Below, in pieces: positions 20,445-31,483 of a stretch of DNA of 64,000 bases; position 1 is the first letter of the stretch, and each line of letters opens with the position of its first letter. The notes beneath the pieces were generated by a model. The model ran no database searches. It saw nothing but the letters and a program-made list of their open reading frames with translations, and was not told the origin of the DNA. This stretch comes from an uncultured Bacteroidota bacterium (GTDB taxonomy: Bacteria; Bacteroidota; Bacteroidia; Flavobacteriales; Flavobacteriaceae). A program made the position numbers and the translations under genes. The stretch is taken from NCBI GenBank assembly GCA_902598295.1, contig CACKBA010000002.1, positions 8,217 through 72,216 of the forward strand. The letters are read 5' to 3'.

Positions 20445-20737
20445 AAGTTTTAAATAAAATTGAAGTTGACAACAAGTTTAAACTATTATCTAAAAACTGG
20501 AGGATAAAAGACCATTTACTTACTGCTGAGTTTAATTTTAAAACTTTCGATGATGCATTTGATTTTATGCAAATAATATCTAAAAAATGTAAAGATTTAA
20601 ATCATCATCCAAAATGGACAAATATTTATAATCGAGTTGATGTTGAATTATTTACTCATGACTTAGGGGGTCTATCAAGTGTTGATTTTGAGTTAGCAAC
20701 TTTCATGGATTTGAGTTTTTCACCTTATTCTCAATGA
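20441..20737 (+). CDS. phhB: 4a-hydroxytetrahydrobiopterin (pterin-4-alpha-carbinolamine) dehydratase
   Basis: ..LNHHPKWTNIYNRVDVELFTHD.. is the PCD signature. Confidence 0.85.
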   Translation: MKVLNKIEVDNKFKLLSKNWRIKDHLLTAEFNFKTFDDAFDFMQIISKKCKDLNHHPKWTNIYNRVDVELFTHDLGGLSSVDFELATFMDLSFSPYSQ

Positions 20738-20758
20738 ATTGTCTATTTTTGTTAATGA

Positions 20759-21859
20759 ATGGATAACCTAGAGTTTTTAAATGATGAGTTTTTTGGCAAT
20801 ACTCTGCAGAATTACATTATATCAATTTCAATTATTGTTTTTGGACTCATTCTGAAAGGACTCATAAGTTCTTACATAAGAAAATTTTTATTTAAGATAG
20901 TTGGTGATAGTAGAAATAAAGATGGTAAATCCGAGTTTGACAACCTTCTTAAAAAACCAATTACTTATTTTCTTTTTCTTGTTATCATTTATTTAGCATT
21001 TAACATGCTACAAATCCCCGACTCATTAAATCTGGTAGGTCCTAATGAATTTGGATTAAGAATGATTTTGCAAAAAGGTTATTCACTGCTAATTGTTTCA
21101 AGTTTAATCTATATAATATTACAATCAGTCGAATATGTAGGTTTACGATTAAGTCAAAAAGCTGATAAAACTAAAAGTAAGGTTGATAATCAGTTGGTTC
21201 CTTTTGCAATAGAAATAGGAAAGGTTTTAGTTGTAATTTTTGGTCTTTTAATTATTCTAGGTAATATTTTTGGAATTGATATAACTGCATTGGCAGCCGG
21301 TCTTGGAATTGGTGGTGTTGCTGTAGCATTAGCATCAAAAGAAAGCCTTGAAAATCTACTTGGTTCCTTCACAATATTTTTTGATAAACCCTTCACAGTT
21401 GGAGATATCATCACAATCGGTGGTATAACTGGAGTTGTGGAAAAGGTGGGGTTTAGAAGTACTAGAATTAGAACCTTTGATAAGAGTTTAGTAACTGTAC
21501 CAAACAAAAATTTAATTAATAGCGAATTAGATAATTTAAGTTTGAAACCCGTGAGGAAAGTAAAAACTAATATAGGTTTAACGTATGATACTAGTGTTGA
21601 TCAAATTAAAAATATTGTAGTCGATATTCAAAAGTTAGTAGATGACCACCCAAATACCAACCAAGATGGAGTTGTTAGATTTTTAGAATTTGGAGCAAGC
21701 TCTCTCGACGTAATGGTACTATATTTTGTAAATAGTCCAGATTGGAAATTATTGGTTGATACCAAGCAAGACATAAATTATAAAATTATTGAAATTGTTA
21801 AAAAACACAAAAGTGACTTTGCTTATCCGTCCACTTCTGTATACTTAGAAAAACAATAA
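20759..21859 (+). CDS. small-conductance mechanosensitive channel (MscS family)
   Basis: TM helices followed by ..FDKPFTVGDIITIGGITGVVEKVGFRSTRIRTFD... Confidence 0.85.
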   Translation: MDNLEFLNDEFFGNTLQNYIISISIIVFGLILKGLISSYIRKFLFKIVGDSRNKDGKSEFDNLLKKPITYFLFLVIIYLAFNMLQIPDSLNLVGPNEFGLRMILQKGYSLLIVSSLIYIILQSVEYVGLRLSQKADKTKSKVDNQLVPFAIEIGKVLVVIFGLLIILGNIFGIDITALAAGLGIGGVAVALASKESLENLLGSFTIFFDKPFTVGDIITIGGITGVVEKVGFRSTRIRTFDKSLVTVPNKNLINSELDNLSLKPVRKVKTNIGLTYDTSVDQIKNIVVDIQKLVDDHPNTNQDGVVRFLEFGASSLDVMVLYFVNSPDWKLLVDTKQDINYKIIEIVKKHKSDFAYPSTSVYLEKQ

Positions 21860-21861
21860 GA

Positions 21862-22185
21862 TTAAACCTTACTTATTTTAAATTTTTTATAATTATCATA
21901 CAAAAATACTGGCATGGCTAGTGAGAATCCAACCAGAAACATACAGGCAGTATATTTCAAAAGTTTTACAGGCTCATTTTTAAATGCATATATGATAAAA
22001 ATAAAAAAAGTCATTGCTGCGACACCCAAATCGGCTGATAGCATGGATGATGCAAAATTTACATTTGCATCAGCAAAAAATTCAGATAATGACCACTCCC
22101 AATTTTTAAATTCCAAAAATTTAAATAAAAAATAATATGGGGCTATGACCCCTAAAAAACACATTAGTAAAAAAATTTTCTTCAT
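21862..22185 (-). CDS. small membrane protein (DUF2834-like)
   Basis: 107 aa with 3-4 TM segments. Family assignment is from memory only. Confidence 0.45.
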   Translation of the reverse strand: MKKIFLLMCFLGVIAPYYFLFKFLEFKNWEWSLSEFFADANVNFASSMLSADLGVAAMTFFIFIIYAFKNEPVKLLKYTACMFLVGFSLAMPVFLYDNYKKFKISKV

Positions 22186-22198
22186 ATTATTAAATTAA

Positions 22199-22226
22199 AA
22201 AATCCTAGTAAATACCAGGATTTTTA
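22199..22226 (-). terminator. AT-rich hairpin downstream of ORF 22269-22766
   Basis: The 9-bp arms aaaaatcct (22199-22207) and aggattttt (22218-22226) flank a 10-nt loop. The stem is weak. Confidence 0.3.
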
Positions 22227-22268
22227 TAAATAGTTTTTGATTTATTTATTTGAATTAAAATTCAAAGT

Positions 22269-22766
22269 TTAATCAACAGGTCTCATCCATTGAACCACCC
22301 TGCTTATTTTATCATCTTGGTTAAAAAGAAGTCTTTCAAACAAAAGGACAGATTCTGTCTCCCCTGTTTTTAAATATCTATCTTCTCTAAAATGAGTTTC
22401 AATAATGGTTGTATTTGTTTCTTCCAATTTAATGGGCAATAAAAATGTATAATTTCTATTAATTGAATCCATGGGTGCTTGTCTAGCAACAATAAAGTCA
22501 GTGTTAGTCATATCTACATCAAAAACTCCTGCTACATCCGCTGGATGAAACTTAACAGTGTCCGTTGTCATTTCAACCATAGTTGATGGATTCATATTTT
22601 CATAAGCATCCATAAACTTTTTTGCCAAGGTAACATACTTATCATCAGCTAACTGGAATTTTTTACCTTTCCAGGCACCACGGTACCATTCTCCAGCCAT
22701 TTTTTCTGTATTTGTCTCACAACTTAAAAATGGTATAATTAAAAGTAGTATTAATAGTTTTTTCAT
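22269..22766 (-). CDS. lipoprotein, NTF2/SnoaL-like fold suspected
   Basis: Lipobox ..PFLSC plus size and secondary-structure pattern only. Confidence 0.45.
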   Translation of the reverse strand: MKKLLILLLIIPFLSCETNTEKMAGEWYRGAWKGKKFQLADDKYVTLAKKFMDAYENMNPSTMVEMTTDTVKFHPADVAGVFDVDMTNTDFIVARQAPMDSINRNYTFLLPIKLEETNTTIIETHFREDRYLKTGETESVLLFERLLFNQDDKISRVVQWMRPVD

Positions 22767-22895
22767 ATTATTAAAATTAATTTAAATCAAGTTAAATATT
22801 TTGAGTATAAATAAGTTCTTATTTTGATAATCATTAATAATATTTAACATATTAACAAAATGAAATATATTAAGATTTGATTTTTTTTAAAAAAT

Positions 22896-23363
22896 ATGCT
22901 AAAATTTGCTGAATTTTCAAAAGACAAAAAACATAGGTATTGTTTATCAAGAAAATGGTCTGAGAAGAAGCAAGTAGTTTATATCTTACTAAATCCATCA
23001 ACAGCAAATCACATAAATAATGACCCCACAATTAATAGATTAATTTCCATATCTAAAAACCTAGGATATGGAGGTTTTAAAGTGGTTAACTTGTATACGT
23101 TAATAACTCCGTTTAGGTATAAATTATATCAAAAAAAAAGAAAGTTTTCAGAAAAAAATAAAAAAATAATTTCAAATCTAATTGGCAAACATAATACTGT
23201 AATTTATGGTTGGGGAGCAACTGAAAATGAACCAATATGGTTAAAAAATCTGGTTGAAAATCCTCTTTGCTTCGAAGTCAATAAAAATGGTACCCCAAAA
23301 CATCCTCTCTACTTAAGTAAGGAGACAACCTTAAAAGAATTTCAGAGAAGGGAAAAAAATTGA
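22896..23363 (+). CDS. DUF1643 domain protein
   Basis: ..RYCLSRKW.. ..VYILLNPSTAN.. ..DPTINRLI.. ..GGFKVVNLY.. matches my recollection of DUF1643. Confidence 0.65.
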   Translation: MLKFAEFSKDKKHRYCLSRKWSEKKQVVYILLNPSTANHINNDPTINRLISISKNLGYGGFKVVNLYTLITPFRYKLYQKKRKFSEKNKKIISNLIGKHNTVIYGWGATENEPIWLKNLVENPLCFEVNKNGTPKHPLYLSKETTLKEFQRREKN

Positions 23364-23379
23364 ATTCACTAATTTTATA

Positions 23380-24525
23380 ATGCTTAGTTTTAATTCTATG
23401 AAAGTTCTAAAGTGCTTCGTGATTTCCATTTTAATTATTTCCTGTTCAAAAGACTCAGATAATGTTTCTGATTTGACTGACAATAATAATGGAAGTGGTA
23501 ATGGAAATATTACCAATAGTATAACATACCAACCAGAAAATTATTTAAAGGATATAGCAAATTTTCCTATTGGTAATGTTGTTTCTGTAAATAGGTTGAA
23601 TAATTCACAATTTACAGACATTTTAAAAAAAGATTTTAACAGTATAACTGCTGAGTGGCAAATGAAGATGAGAAGTATTTTTAATGGTCCTGATAACTAT
23701 AACTTTTCACATGGAAATACGATAGTTAACTTTGCGAAAAATAATAACATCAGAGTTTTTGGGCATGCCTTGATATGGCACGAGTCAATTCCTGATTGGC
23801 TTCAAAGTTTTCAGGGTTCGGACGAAGAGTTTGAAGAATTAATTGAAAATTATATTAAAGCAACTGTAACACATTTTGCTAAAGAAAAAACCACAATTAA
23901 TGGTCAGGAGGTTTCAGTTGTTGCTGGATGGGATGTTGTTAATGAGGCATTTACAACTGGAGCTGAAAATGCAATTTTTAGAAAAAAGTTAGGTAGCGAT
24001 TATGTTGAAAAGTGTTTTAGATGGGCTAGAGAGGCCGATCCAAATGTTAAGTTATTTTACAATGACTACAGTCTAGAAAGTAATTCCAATAAAACACAAA
24101 ATGTAATATCATTAGTTAATGATTTTAAATCCAGAAATATTCCTATCGATGGAATAGGTCTTCAGATGCATACCGATTATTTAAATCCCTCCATTAGTAT
24201 TATTGAAGCAAATGTACAGTCAATTATAAATCTTGGTTTGTTGGTACACTTCTCTGAACTAGATATTACAGTTAATAAGGATAGGGCAATCACAACTTTA
24301 ACATATGAGAGAGCAAGAACTCAAGAACTTCGTTTTAAAGATATTGTTACAATTTATTCAAACATTCCAAACAACCAGAAATTTGGAATCACAATGTGGG
24401 GTATTAAAGATGATGATAGCTGGTTATTAAATCATCACAATAACCAAAATGAATACCCATTATTAATGGATAAAAACTATAACTATAAGATTGCTCACAG
24501 AGGATTTGCAGAAGGATTAAAATAA
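23380..24525 (+). CDS. GH10 endo-1,4-beta-xylanase lipoprotein
   Basis: Lipobox ..IISC, WDVVNEA (acid/base Glu), HFSELDIT (nucleophile Glu), GHALIWH. Confidence 0.85.
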   Translation: MLSFNSMKVLKCFVISILIISCSKDSDNVSDLTDNNNGSGNGNITNSITYQPENYLKDIANFPIGNVVSVNRLNNSQFTDILKKDFNSITAEWQMKMRSIFNGPDNYNFSHGNTIVNFAKNNNIRVFGHALIWHESIPDWLQSFQGSDEEFEELIENYIKATVTHFAKEKTTINGQEVSVVAGWDVVNEAFTTGAENAIFRKKLGSDYVEKCFRWAREADPNVKLFYNDYSLESNSNKTQNVISLVNDFKSRNIPIDGIGLQMHTDYLNPSISIIEANVQSIINLGLLVHFSELDITVNKDRAITTLTYERARTQELRFKDIVTIYSNIPNNQKFGITMWGIKDDDSWLLNHHNNQNEYPLLMDKNYNYKIAHRGFAEGLK

Positions 24526-24527
24526 TA

Positions 24528-24911
24528 TTAGCCTTCTTCTGTTTTTTTATCAAGAGCAATTATGGTAGCACATGAAATTAGCATTATTGCGGAGGGTAAT
24601 GTTGGAACTATAGGGTCACTAATACTTACATGAAAATAGACAGCAGCTACCATGAATAGACCCATAATAAATGCAGCAGGGGTTACAAATCTTCTAACCT
24701 TTAAACCAATCAAGAGTATAATTGCACATGTAACTTTAAATATCCCAACTACAACCATTGTTGTTTGGTTAAGACCATAGGCCTGAAACTCCTCAATCAT
24801 ATTTAAAGCATCTCCTCCTCTATATAATGAAGGCATATTCAATCTCCAAGTCCATGCACTTAAAACAGCTAGAGAAACAACCAGGATTAATATTTTGAAA
24901 ATCGTTTTCAT
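24528..24911 (-). CDS. DoxX-like membrane protein
   Basis: 127 aa with 4 TM segments. Weak family call. Confidence 0.5.
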   Translation of the reverse strand: MKTIFKILILVVSLAVLSAWTWRLNMPSLYRGGDALNMIEEFQAYGLNQTTMVVVGIFKVTCAIILLIGLKVRRFVTPAAFIMGLFMVAAVYFHVSISDPIVPTLPSAIMLISCATIIALDKKTEEG

Positions 24912-24962
24912 AATTATCTATTCTAACCTATATTTAATTAAGTTAATTTAAAAAATTTATTT

Positions 24963-25454
24963 ATGAAAAAAATATTTTTATTGTTGATTTTAGTTCTAAT
25001 CTCCTGTGAAACTACAAATAAGCAAGAGCCTCAAACTCAACTAGATTTCCCATTTGAACCTAGTTATCAAAAAGATTGGAAAATGGGTAATCAGGAAAAC
25101 GTACTACTAATTCAGAATTTACACAAAACACTTCTTAATGGTGAATTTGACAGAGTAACAGAATTCATTTCTGATACAATTGTAATGTCGATGGGTGATG
25201 GTTCAAGGGTAAGTGGAATTGATAACTTTAAAGAACTTCTTGAGGGTTACAAAGATGCCAATTTAAGAGATTACAATTTGGGTGTAAATTTCCCTATTAT
25301 CTCTGAAGAGGGTCATGAATGGGTGATAAATTGGGATGCCGTTACTTACGATACAGCTGATGGGCCAGTAAGGATGAGGTATCAAGAAGCTTACAGAATT
25401 TCTGGAGGTAAAATTGTATTTGTTAATCAATTTACCAAACCAGTTTTAGATTAA
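24963..25454 (+). CDS. lipoprotein, NTF2/SnoaL-like
   Basis: Lipobox ..LISC plus size and pattern only. Confidence 0.45.
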   Translation: MKKIFLLLILVLISCETTNKQEPQTQLDFPFEPSYQKDWKMGNQENVLLIQNLHKTLLNGEFDRVTEFISDTIVMSMGDGSRVSGIDNFKELLEGYKDANLRDYNLGVNFPIISEEGHEWVINWDAVTYDTADGPVRMRYQEAYRISGGKIVFVNQFTKPVLD

Positions 25455-25472
25455 TGAATTAAAACATTTAGA

Positions 25473-25919
25473 ATGAACTTCAGAGCTTTTCTGAATCTCT
25501 TTTTTGTTTTATCATTAATCTCTATTTATTCTCAAAATGATGGAAGCAAATTCTACGGAGAAGAATTTAGTTTTGATCCCGAAAATGTTGACATTTCATT
25601 GAAGCCATCTTTAAGTAGAATCAAAGTTAAGGGGGAAATTATATCAACCTGTCCTATGAAAGGTTGCTGGATGAATATGCTGGTTGCAAATGATACTGTT
25701 CTTGTTAGGTTTAAGGATTACGGATTTTTTGTCCCTAAACAAGGTGTAGAGGGGAGTTCAGCAATTATTAATGGCTTTCTTTCGGTTGATACGTTAAGTG
25801 TTGCTCAATTACGACATTATGCCGAAGATGCGGGTAAAAAGAATGAGGAAATTATGAAAATCAAAAAGCCAAAAATCACATTATCATTTTTGGCTGATGG
25901 AGTAGCTATTCAAGAATAA
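25473..25919 (+). CDS. DUF4920-like secreted protein
   Basis: Signal peptide and ..CPMKGCWM.. motif as I recall for DUF4920. Confidence 0.5.
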   Translation: MNFRAFLNLFFVLSLISIYSQNDGSKFYGEEFSFDPENVDISLKPSLSRIKVKGEIISTCPMKGCWMNMLVANDTVLVRFKDYGFFVPKQGVEGSSAIINGFLSVDTLSVAQLRHYAEDAGKKNEEIMKIKKPKITLSFLADGVAIQE

Positions 25920-25921
25920 TT

Positions 25922-27892
25922 ATGAAAAATATTTTATACATATTCATATTATTTTTTTCAAACCTTATACTTACTCAAGATTATCATGTAGCAAAAAGTG
26001 GAGATGATTCTAATCCTGGTACTAAGGACAAGCCTTTTTTAACGATATCAAAAGCTGCAAAAATTGCATTACCAGGTTCCCTTATAACTGTACACGAAGG
26101 CATATACCGAGAAAGGATTGACCCATCATATGGAGGTGCAAGTAATACCAAAAGAATAGTATATCAAGCTGCAGAAGATGAAGAAGTTTGGATCAAAGGC
26201 TCTGAAATAATAAAGGGTTGGAAAAAATATGACGGAAATATTTGGATGGTTGAACTAGACAATCAAATATTTGGAGACTTTAACCCGTATCAAGAAATTG
26301 TAGAAGGTGATTGGTTAATAAATGACTATGGAAGAGATCATCACCTGGGTGAAGTATACTTGAACGGAAATGCATTATATGAAAATGATTCCGTTCATAA
26401 ACTTGTGGAAGAAAAACCAATGAAGAGGGCAACTGACCGAGAGGCTTCCAAATACCAATGGTATTGTAAAAGTGATGATAAAAAGACCATTATCTATGCA
26501 AACTTTAAGGGTCTAAATCCAAATGTTGAGACCGTTGAAATAAATGTTAGACCAGCAGTTTTTTTTCCAAAAAAAACTGGAATCAACTATATTACTGTTC
26601 GTGGATTTAAAATGGCTCATGCTGCCACTCAATGGTCACCCCCTACTGCAGAGCAAGTTGGATTGATAGGTCCCTATTGGAGTAAAGGTTGGATTATCGA
26701 AAACAACTTTATAACAGACTCTAAGTGTACTGGAATAAGTGTAGGAAAAGAGAGAGCCAGTGGACATAATGAGTGGACAAATTTAAAGGTTAAGCATGGT
26801 ACACAAAGGGAAAGAGATGTTGTTTTTAAGGCTCTGGAATTGGGTTGGTCTATGGAAACAATTGGATCACATATAATAAGAAATAATACGATTACGAACT
26901 GTGAACAAACTGGAATTAGTGGACATTTAGGGGGAATCGCTACTAAAATATACAACAACCATATTTACAATATTCATGTAAAGAAGCAATTTTTTGGATA
27001 TGAAACAGGCGGTATAAAACTGCATGCTCCAATTGATGCTCTTATCAAAAATAATTTAATACATGATAACTACAGAGGTATATGGCTTGATTGGCAATCT
27101 CAAGGAACTCGCGTTTCAGGAAATGTTTTTTATAACAATGAACAAGAAGACTTTTTCAATGAGGTCAACCATGGACCAATGATCGTAGACAATAATATCA
27201 TGTTATCGGAAACTTCAATATTAAATGCCTCTCAAGGCACTGCTCATGTGCATAACTTAATAACGGGGAAAATTATACTTAGACCTGTTCCAAATAGATT
27301 TACTCCCTACCACTTTGCTCATTCGACAAGTGTTAAGGGGCTAATGACTATACTAACAGGTGACGATAGATATTTTAATAACATTCTAACTTTCAATCAT
27401 AATCTAAAACCCTACAGAGGCCCGTCATATGATAAAGTTCATTCGGGTCTGGATGCATATAACGAACACCCTTTATCAACAGACTATTGGTATAAAGGAA
27501 ACAGACCTGATGATTATGCAAACCATAAACTTCCAGTTTATATTAGTTCAAATTTATATTATAATAAAGCTCTTCCTTTTAATAGAGAAGAGTTTAGTTT
27601 AGAAAGTAGAACCTATTCTCCTAAAATCTCTATTGATAGAGAGGGTGATGCATTGTTTATAAACCTTGAAATTGATAATAGTTTCAAAGAAATGAATACT
27701 GGACTTGTAACAACCAAAGTGATGGGTACTGCGTTCCAATCTGAAGAAGCATTTGAAAACAATGACTCTTCATCAGTATCAATAGATGTTGACATTAATG
27801 GTCAAAAGAGAAATTATAACCCAACTGTTGGGCCTTTTGAAAAATTAAAGAAGGGTAAAAATCGAATAAAAATTTTCACATTTAATCACTAA
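25922..27892 (+). CDS. right-handed parallel beta-helix repeat protein (putative polysaccharide-active enzyme)
   Basis: Signal peptide, DUF1565-like N-terminus YHVAKSGDDSNPGT.DKPFLTISKAA, and repeated ..N.I.N....GI.. beta-helix turns. Confidence 0.7.
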   Translation: MKNILYIFILFFSNLILTQDYHVAKSGDDSNPGTKDKPFLTISKAAKIALPGSLITVHEGIYRERIDPSYGGASNTKRIVYQAAEDEEVWIKGSEIIKGWKKYDGNIWMVELDNQIFGDFNPYQEIVEGDWLINDYGRDHHLGEVYLNGNALYENDSVHKLVEEKPMKRATDREASKYQWYCKSDDKKTIIYANFKGLNPNVETVEINVRPAVFFPKKTGINYITVRGFKMAHAATQWSPPTAEQVGLIGPYWSKGWIIENNFITDSKCTGISVGKERASGHNEWTNLKVKHGTQRERDVVFKALELGWSMETIGSHIIRNNTITNCEQTGISGHLGGIATKIYNNHIYNIHVKKQFFGYETGGIKLHAPIDALIKNNLIHDNYRGIWLDWQSQGTRVSGNVFYNNEQEDFFNEVNHGPMIVDNNIMLSETSILNASQGTAHVHNLITGKIILRPVPNRFTPYHFAHSTSVKGLMTILTGDDRYFNNILTFNHNLKPYRGPSYDKVHSGLDAYNEHPLSTDYWYKGNRPDDYANHKLPVYISSNLYYNKALPFNREEFSLESRTYSPKISIDREGDALFINLEIDNSFKEMNTGLVTTKVMGTAFQSEEAFENNDSSSVSIDVDINGQKRNYNPTVGPFEKLKKGKNRIKIFTFNH

Positions 27893-27895
27893 AAA

Positions 27896-29947
27896 ATGAA
27901 AAAACTAACCTTATTATTACTTATCCCAATACTTTCTTTTGGACAAATAATTAAGGAAGGTTCCCGACAAATTCATCTTGATTTTCACACATCAGGATTA
28001 ATTGAGAATATTGGTGAAAACTTTTCAAAAGAACAATTTAAAAAAGCTTTGAAAATTGGTAATGTAAATTCAATAAATATTTTTGGCAAAGGTCACCATG
28101 GTTACTCATACTACAATACCAAAATAGGAACCAGACATCCACATCTAAAGTTTGATTTACTTAAAGAACAAATTGAGGCTTGTCATGAAATGGGCGTGAC
28201 AGCACAAGTCTATTTTACTGTTGGATGGTCTCAAAAAGATGCAGATGATCATCCTGAATGGATATTAAAAGACAAGAACGGAACAACAAATAAATTAGAG
28301 ATTTTAAAAAAATTAGGGCCAAATGATAGGCTTCCCAATTTCACATGGCGACTATTAGCACCAAGCAATGGTTATGATGAATTTATATTGAAACAGGTTG
28401 AAGAAATATGTATGAATTATGATATTGATGGTTTTTGGTTTGACATATTGCAAGCATTTCCAAACTACAGCGAGGCAAATAAAAATTTAATGATTGAAGA
28501 TGGAATAGATATCAATGATGATAAGGAAGTTTTAAATTATTCTATCAATCAAATGAAATCATTTATGGAAAGATGTAATAAACTTATTCATAGTCATAAA
28601 CCCAATATTCCGATTTATTATAATGGAATTACAAAAATTACTGGGAGTCCTTATGCAATGAATAATTTGAAATACAATTTATTTGATTACAACACAAAAC
28701 AAGATTTAGAAGATCTCCCCACTACATGGGACGGTTATGATATTTTCCCTTTTAGGTCAAAATTCTTTGCTTCAGATGGTAAACAGATAGTTGCAATGAG
28801 TGGTAAATTTCATTCAGCTTGGGGAGAGTTTGGTGGGTTTAAACACAGAGATGCTCTATTGTATGAAGCTGCATCAATGGTTGCTTTTGGAGCTAATGTT
28901 AATATTGGTGATCAACTACATCCATCTGGTTTAATGGATATGGATACTTATAAAAATATTGGTTATGCTTTCGATTATGTTGAAAAGATTGAGGATTATG
29001 GTATTGGTGGAAAACACGTTTCTAGAATTGGTTACTACAGCCCTCTAAATGCAAGAAGTGGTGAAGGAACTGCAAGAATGCTGCTAGAAAATCAAGTAAA
29101 TTTTAATGTGATCAATAGAATGAATGATTGGTCACAACTAGAAACAATTATAATTCCGTCAGCCACTCAATTAAATCAAAAAATTGTTAATCGATTAAAT
29201 TCGTTTACTAAGCGAGGAGGAAAACTTTTAATTATGGGGAAATCAATTCTAAAATCTAATAAAGATTTATGGTTTGACATTGGCGCTGAGTATTTGGGCC
29301 AACCTAATTTTGACATAGATTACACAGTAATTAGTAAAAAACTTAAAAATGAAAATCTGGTTGAAAGCCCTTTCTTAAATTACAATGCAGCTCTTCGTTT
29401 CAAAGCCAATGATGCAGAAATTTTAGCATCCATTAAAGAACCTTATTTTAGTAGGACTCCATCAAGCTTTTCTTCTCATCAAAATACTCCAAACAAATTA
29501 GAAAATTCTGAGCATGCTGCTGTTTTTCAGAAAAACAATATTATATATGTAGCACATAATTTAGATATTATGTATTTCAGTTCTGGAGCCAGAATTCATA
29601 GAGATTTATTCAAAAGTGTACTGGACTTGATACATACAAATCCAATGGTCAGTACCAATTTGCAAAGTTCCGGAAGGATTAATTTATTACATCAACCTGA
29701 ACATAATAGATATGTAGCTCACTTATTATATGCCACCCCTATTCAAAGAGGAAGAGCACAAGTTATTGAAGACTTAGTGCCAATATATAATACAACTGTT
29801 CAATTAAATTTTGACGAGAAGATAAAAAATGTATATACAATTCCTGGCAACAAAAAACTAAAGGTTAAGAAAATTAATGGGAAAAATTTTGTGAATATCT
29901 CAGAGTTTAAAGCTCATATAGCAGTGGTTATAGAATACCAAAAATGA
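27896..29947 (+). CDS. putative glycoside hydrolase (GHL6-like TIM barrel plus beta-galactosidase-trimerisation-like domain)
   Basis: Signal peptide and ..RQIHLDFHTS.. N-terminus. Sits inside the CAZyme/sulfatase cluster. Family recalled, not verified. Confidence 0.5.
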   Translation: MKKLTLLLLIPILSFGQIIKEGSRQIHLDFHTSGLIENIGENFSKEQFKKALKIGNVNSINIFGKGHHGYSYYNTKIGTRHPHLKFDLLKEQIEACHEMGVTAQVYFTVGWSQKDADDHPEWILKDKNGTTNKLEILKKLGPNDRLPNFTWRLLAPSNGYDEFILKQVEEICMNYDIDGFWFDILQAFPNYSEANKNLMIEDGIDINDDKEVLNYSINQMKSFMERCNKLIHSHKPNIPIYYNGITKITGSPYAMNNLKYNLFDYNTKQDLEDLPTTWDGYDIFPFRSKFFASDGKQIVAMSGKFHSAWGEFGGFKHRDALLYEAASMVAFGANVNIGDQLHPSGLMDMDTYKNIGYAFDYVEKIEDYGIGGKHVSRIGYYSPLNARSGEGTARMLLENQVNFNVINRMNDWSQLETIIIPSATQLNQKIVNRLNSFTKRGGKLLIMGKSILKSNKDLWFDIGAEYLGQPNFDIDYTVISKKLKNENLVESPFLNYNAALRFKANDAEILASIKEPYFSRTPSSFSSHQNTPNKLENSEHAAVFQKNNIIYVAHNLDIMYFSSGARIHRDLFKSVLDLIHTNPMVSTNLQSSGRINLLHQPEHNRYVAHLLYATPIQRGRAQVIEDLVPIYNTTVQLNFDEKIKNVYTIPGNKKLKVKKINGKNFVNISEFKAHIAVVIEYQK

Positions 29948-31458
29948 AAGTAATATTAGGAATATTTAATCTTTTCATTTGCTTTTTAGTTTTCTGTCAA
30001 ACTGAAAAAAGACCTAATATTTTATTTATAATTTCTGATGATCAGGATGCTGAAACCCTTGGCTTTTATGGCGATGAATCATGTGATACACCAGTAATTG
30101 ACAAGATATCAGAAGATGGAATCTCTCTAACTTCAGCTTATCACATGGGTTCATATAGGGCAGCTGTTTGTACCCCATCAAGAATTATGCTTATGACTGG
30201 AAGAAATTTATGGGAAACTGAAGGCTATAATGTGAATTACCCACCCTTAAATTACATTCATGATGTTGAAAAAAATTATAAAAAAATCAATTCTAAAGAT
30301 CCTTCGTTTTATAGCATGCCTGCAATTTTTAGAAGATCTGGATATTACACATTTAGAACCTCTAAAAGAGGGAACAGTTACGAAGGAGCAAACTTATTAT
30401 TTGATGAGAGATACGACAAAACCAATCGGGAAAATAATGACTTTGATGGAAATAAATGGCATGCTGATAAGGTCATCGAATATTTTGAAAAACGAAAAAA
30501 AGAAGCAAACAAAAAACCATTCATGGTCTTTTTAGGATTTTCTCACCCGCATGATCCAAGAAGAGGGAAAAAAGAACTATTAGAAAAATACGGAGCGTCT
30601 AATCCTGACCCCCCAAAAAGTATTAATTCTAAATCTCCTGTGGTTCCAATTAATTATTTGCCATCACATCCCTTTCCTTACGGCGATCCAGATATCAGAG
30701 ACGAAAATTCCGTTGAGGGTGTATACTTGAGTAGATCTGAATTAACCATTCGTAATGAAAAAGGGAAAGACTTTGCTTGCATTGAGGATATGGATTTTCA
30801 AATTGGGAGAGTGCTGGAAGTTCTAAAAGAGACTGGGGAATATGAAAATACGTATATATTTTTTACATCTGATCATGGAATTGCAATCGGGAAACATGGT
30901 TTGATGGGCAAACAAAATCTTTATGAACACAGTTGGAAAATACCATTTATTGTTTCAGGTCCTGAAATCAAAAAAAACACAGAAGCAAAAGGGAATATTT
31001 ATTTGCTTGATGTTTTGCCTACTCTTTGTGAGATTGCTGGTATCACAATTCCAGAAACTATTGATGGTGTAAGTTTTAAAAAAGTTTTGGAAGGAAAAAA
31101 GAATAAAATTAGAAATGTATTATATGGTGCATATTCAGGTGGTTTCAAACCAGGCATGAGATCAATCAAAAAGGGTAAGTGGAAATTAATTAAATATGAT
31201 GTAATGGACGGAGCTTTTACAATGCCAAGAAAAGTACAAGTAAATCAGCTTTTTAATTTAAAACAAAATCCAAATGAACTTTTAATCGAACACCAAAATG
31301 AAAGTGTGATTTCAATAACCAAAAATATACCGAAAAAAAACCAAGTCAATCTAGCCGAAAATCCTAAATATAAATCCAGATTACAAAAAATGGAGAAATT
31401 GCTATTCTCAGAAATGAAAAAGGTTGGTGACCCATTCAAGTTTTGGAATCAAAAGTGA
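29944..31458 (+). CDS. S1 family sulfatase
   Basis: FIISDDQD, formylglycine signature CTPSRIMLMTGR, and TSDHG. Confidence 0.9.
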   Translation: MKVILGIFNLFICFLVFCQTEKRPNILFIISDDQDAETLGFYGDESCDTPVIDKISEDGISLTSAYHMGSYRAAVCTPSRIMLMTGRNLWETEGYNVNYPPLNYIHDVEKNYKKINSKDPSFYSMPAIFRRSGYYTFRTSKRGNSYEGANLLFDERYDKTNRENNDFDGNKWHADKVIEYFEKRKKEANKKPFMVFLGFSHPHDPRRGKKELLEKYGASNPDPPKSINSKSPVVPINYLPSHPFPYGDPDIRDENSVEGVYLSRSELTIRNEKGKDFACIEDMDFQIGRVLEVLKETGEYENTYIFFTSDHGIAIGKHGLMGKQNLYEHSWKIPFIVSGPEIKKNTEAKGNIYLLDVLPTLCEIAGITIPETIDGVSFKKVLEGKKNKIRNVLYGAYSGGFKPGMRSIKKGKWKLIKYDVMDGAFTMPRKVQVNQLFNLKQNPNELLIEHQNESVISITKNIPKKNQVNLAENPKYKSRLQKMEKLLFSEMKKVGDPFKFWNQK

Positions 31459-31483
31459 GTAATTTAAATCCCCTATTGATTGT

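Noticed and set aside
23331-23516. 61-aa minus-strand ORF overlapping the DUF1643 stop and the GH10 start
   Set aside because: It is antisense to two supported genes and has no motifs.
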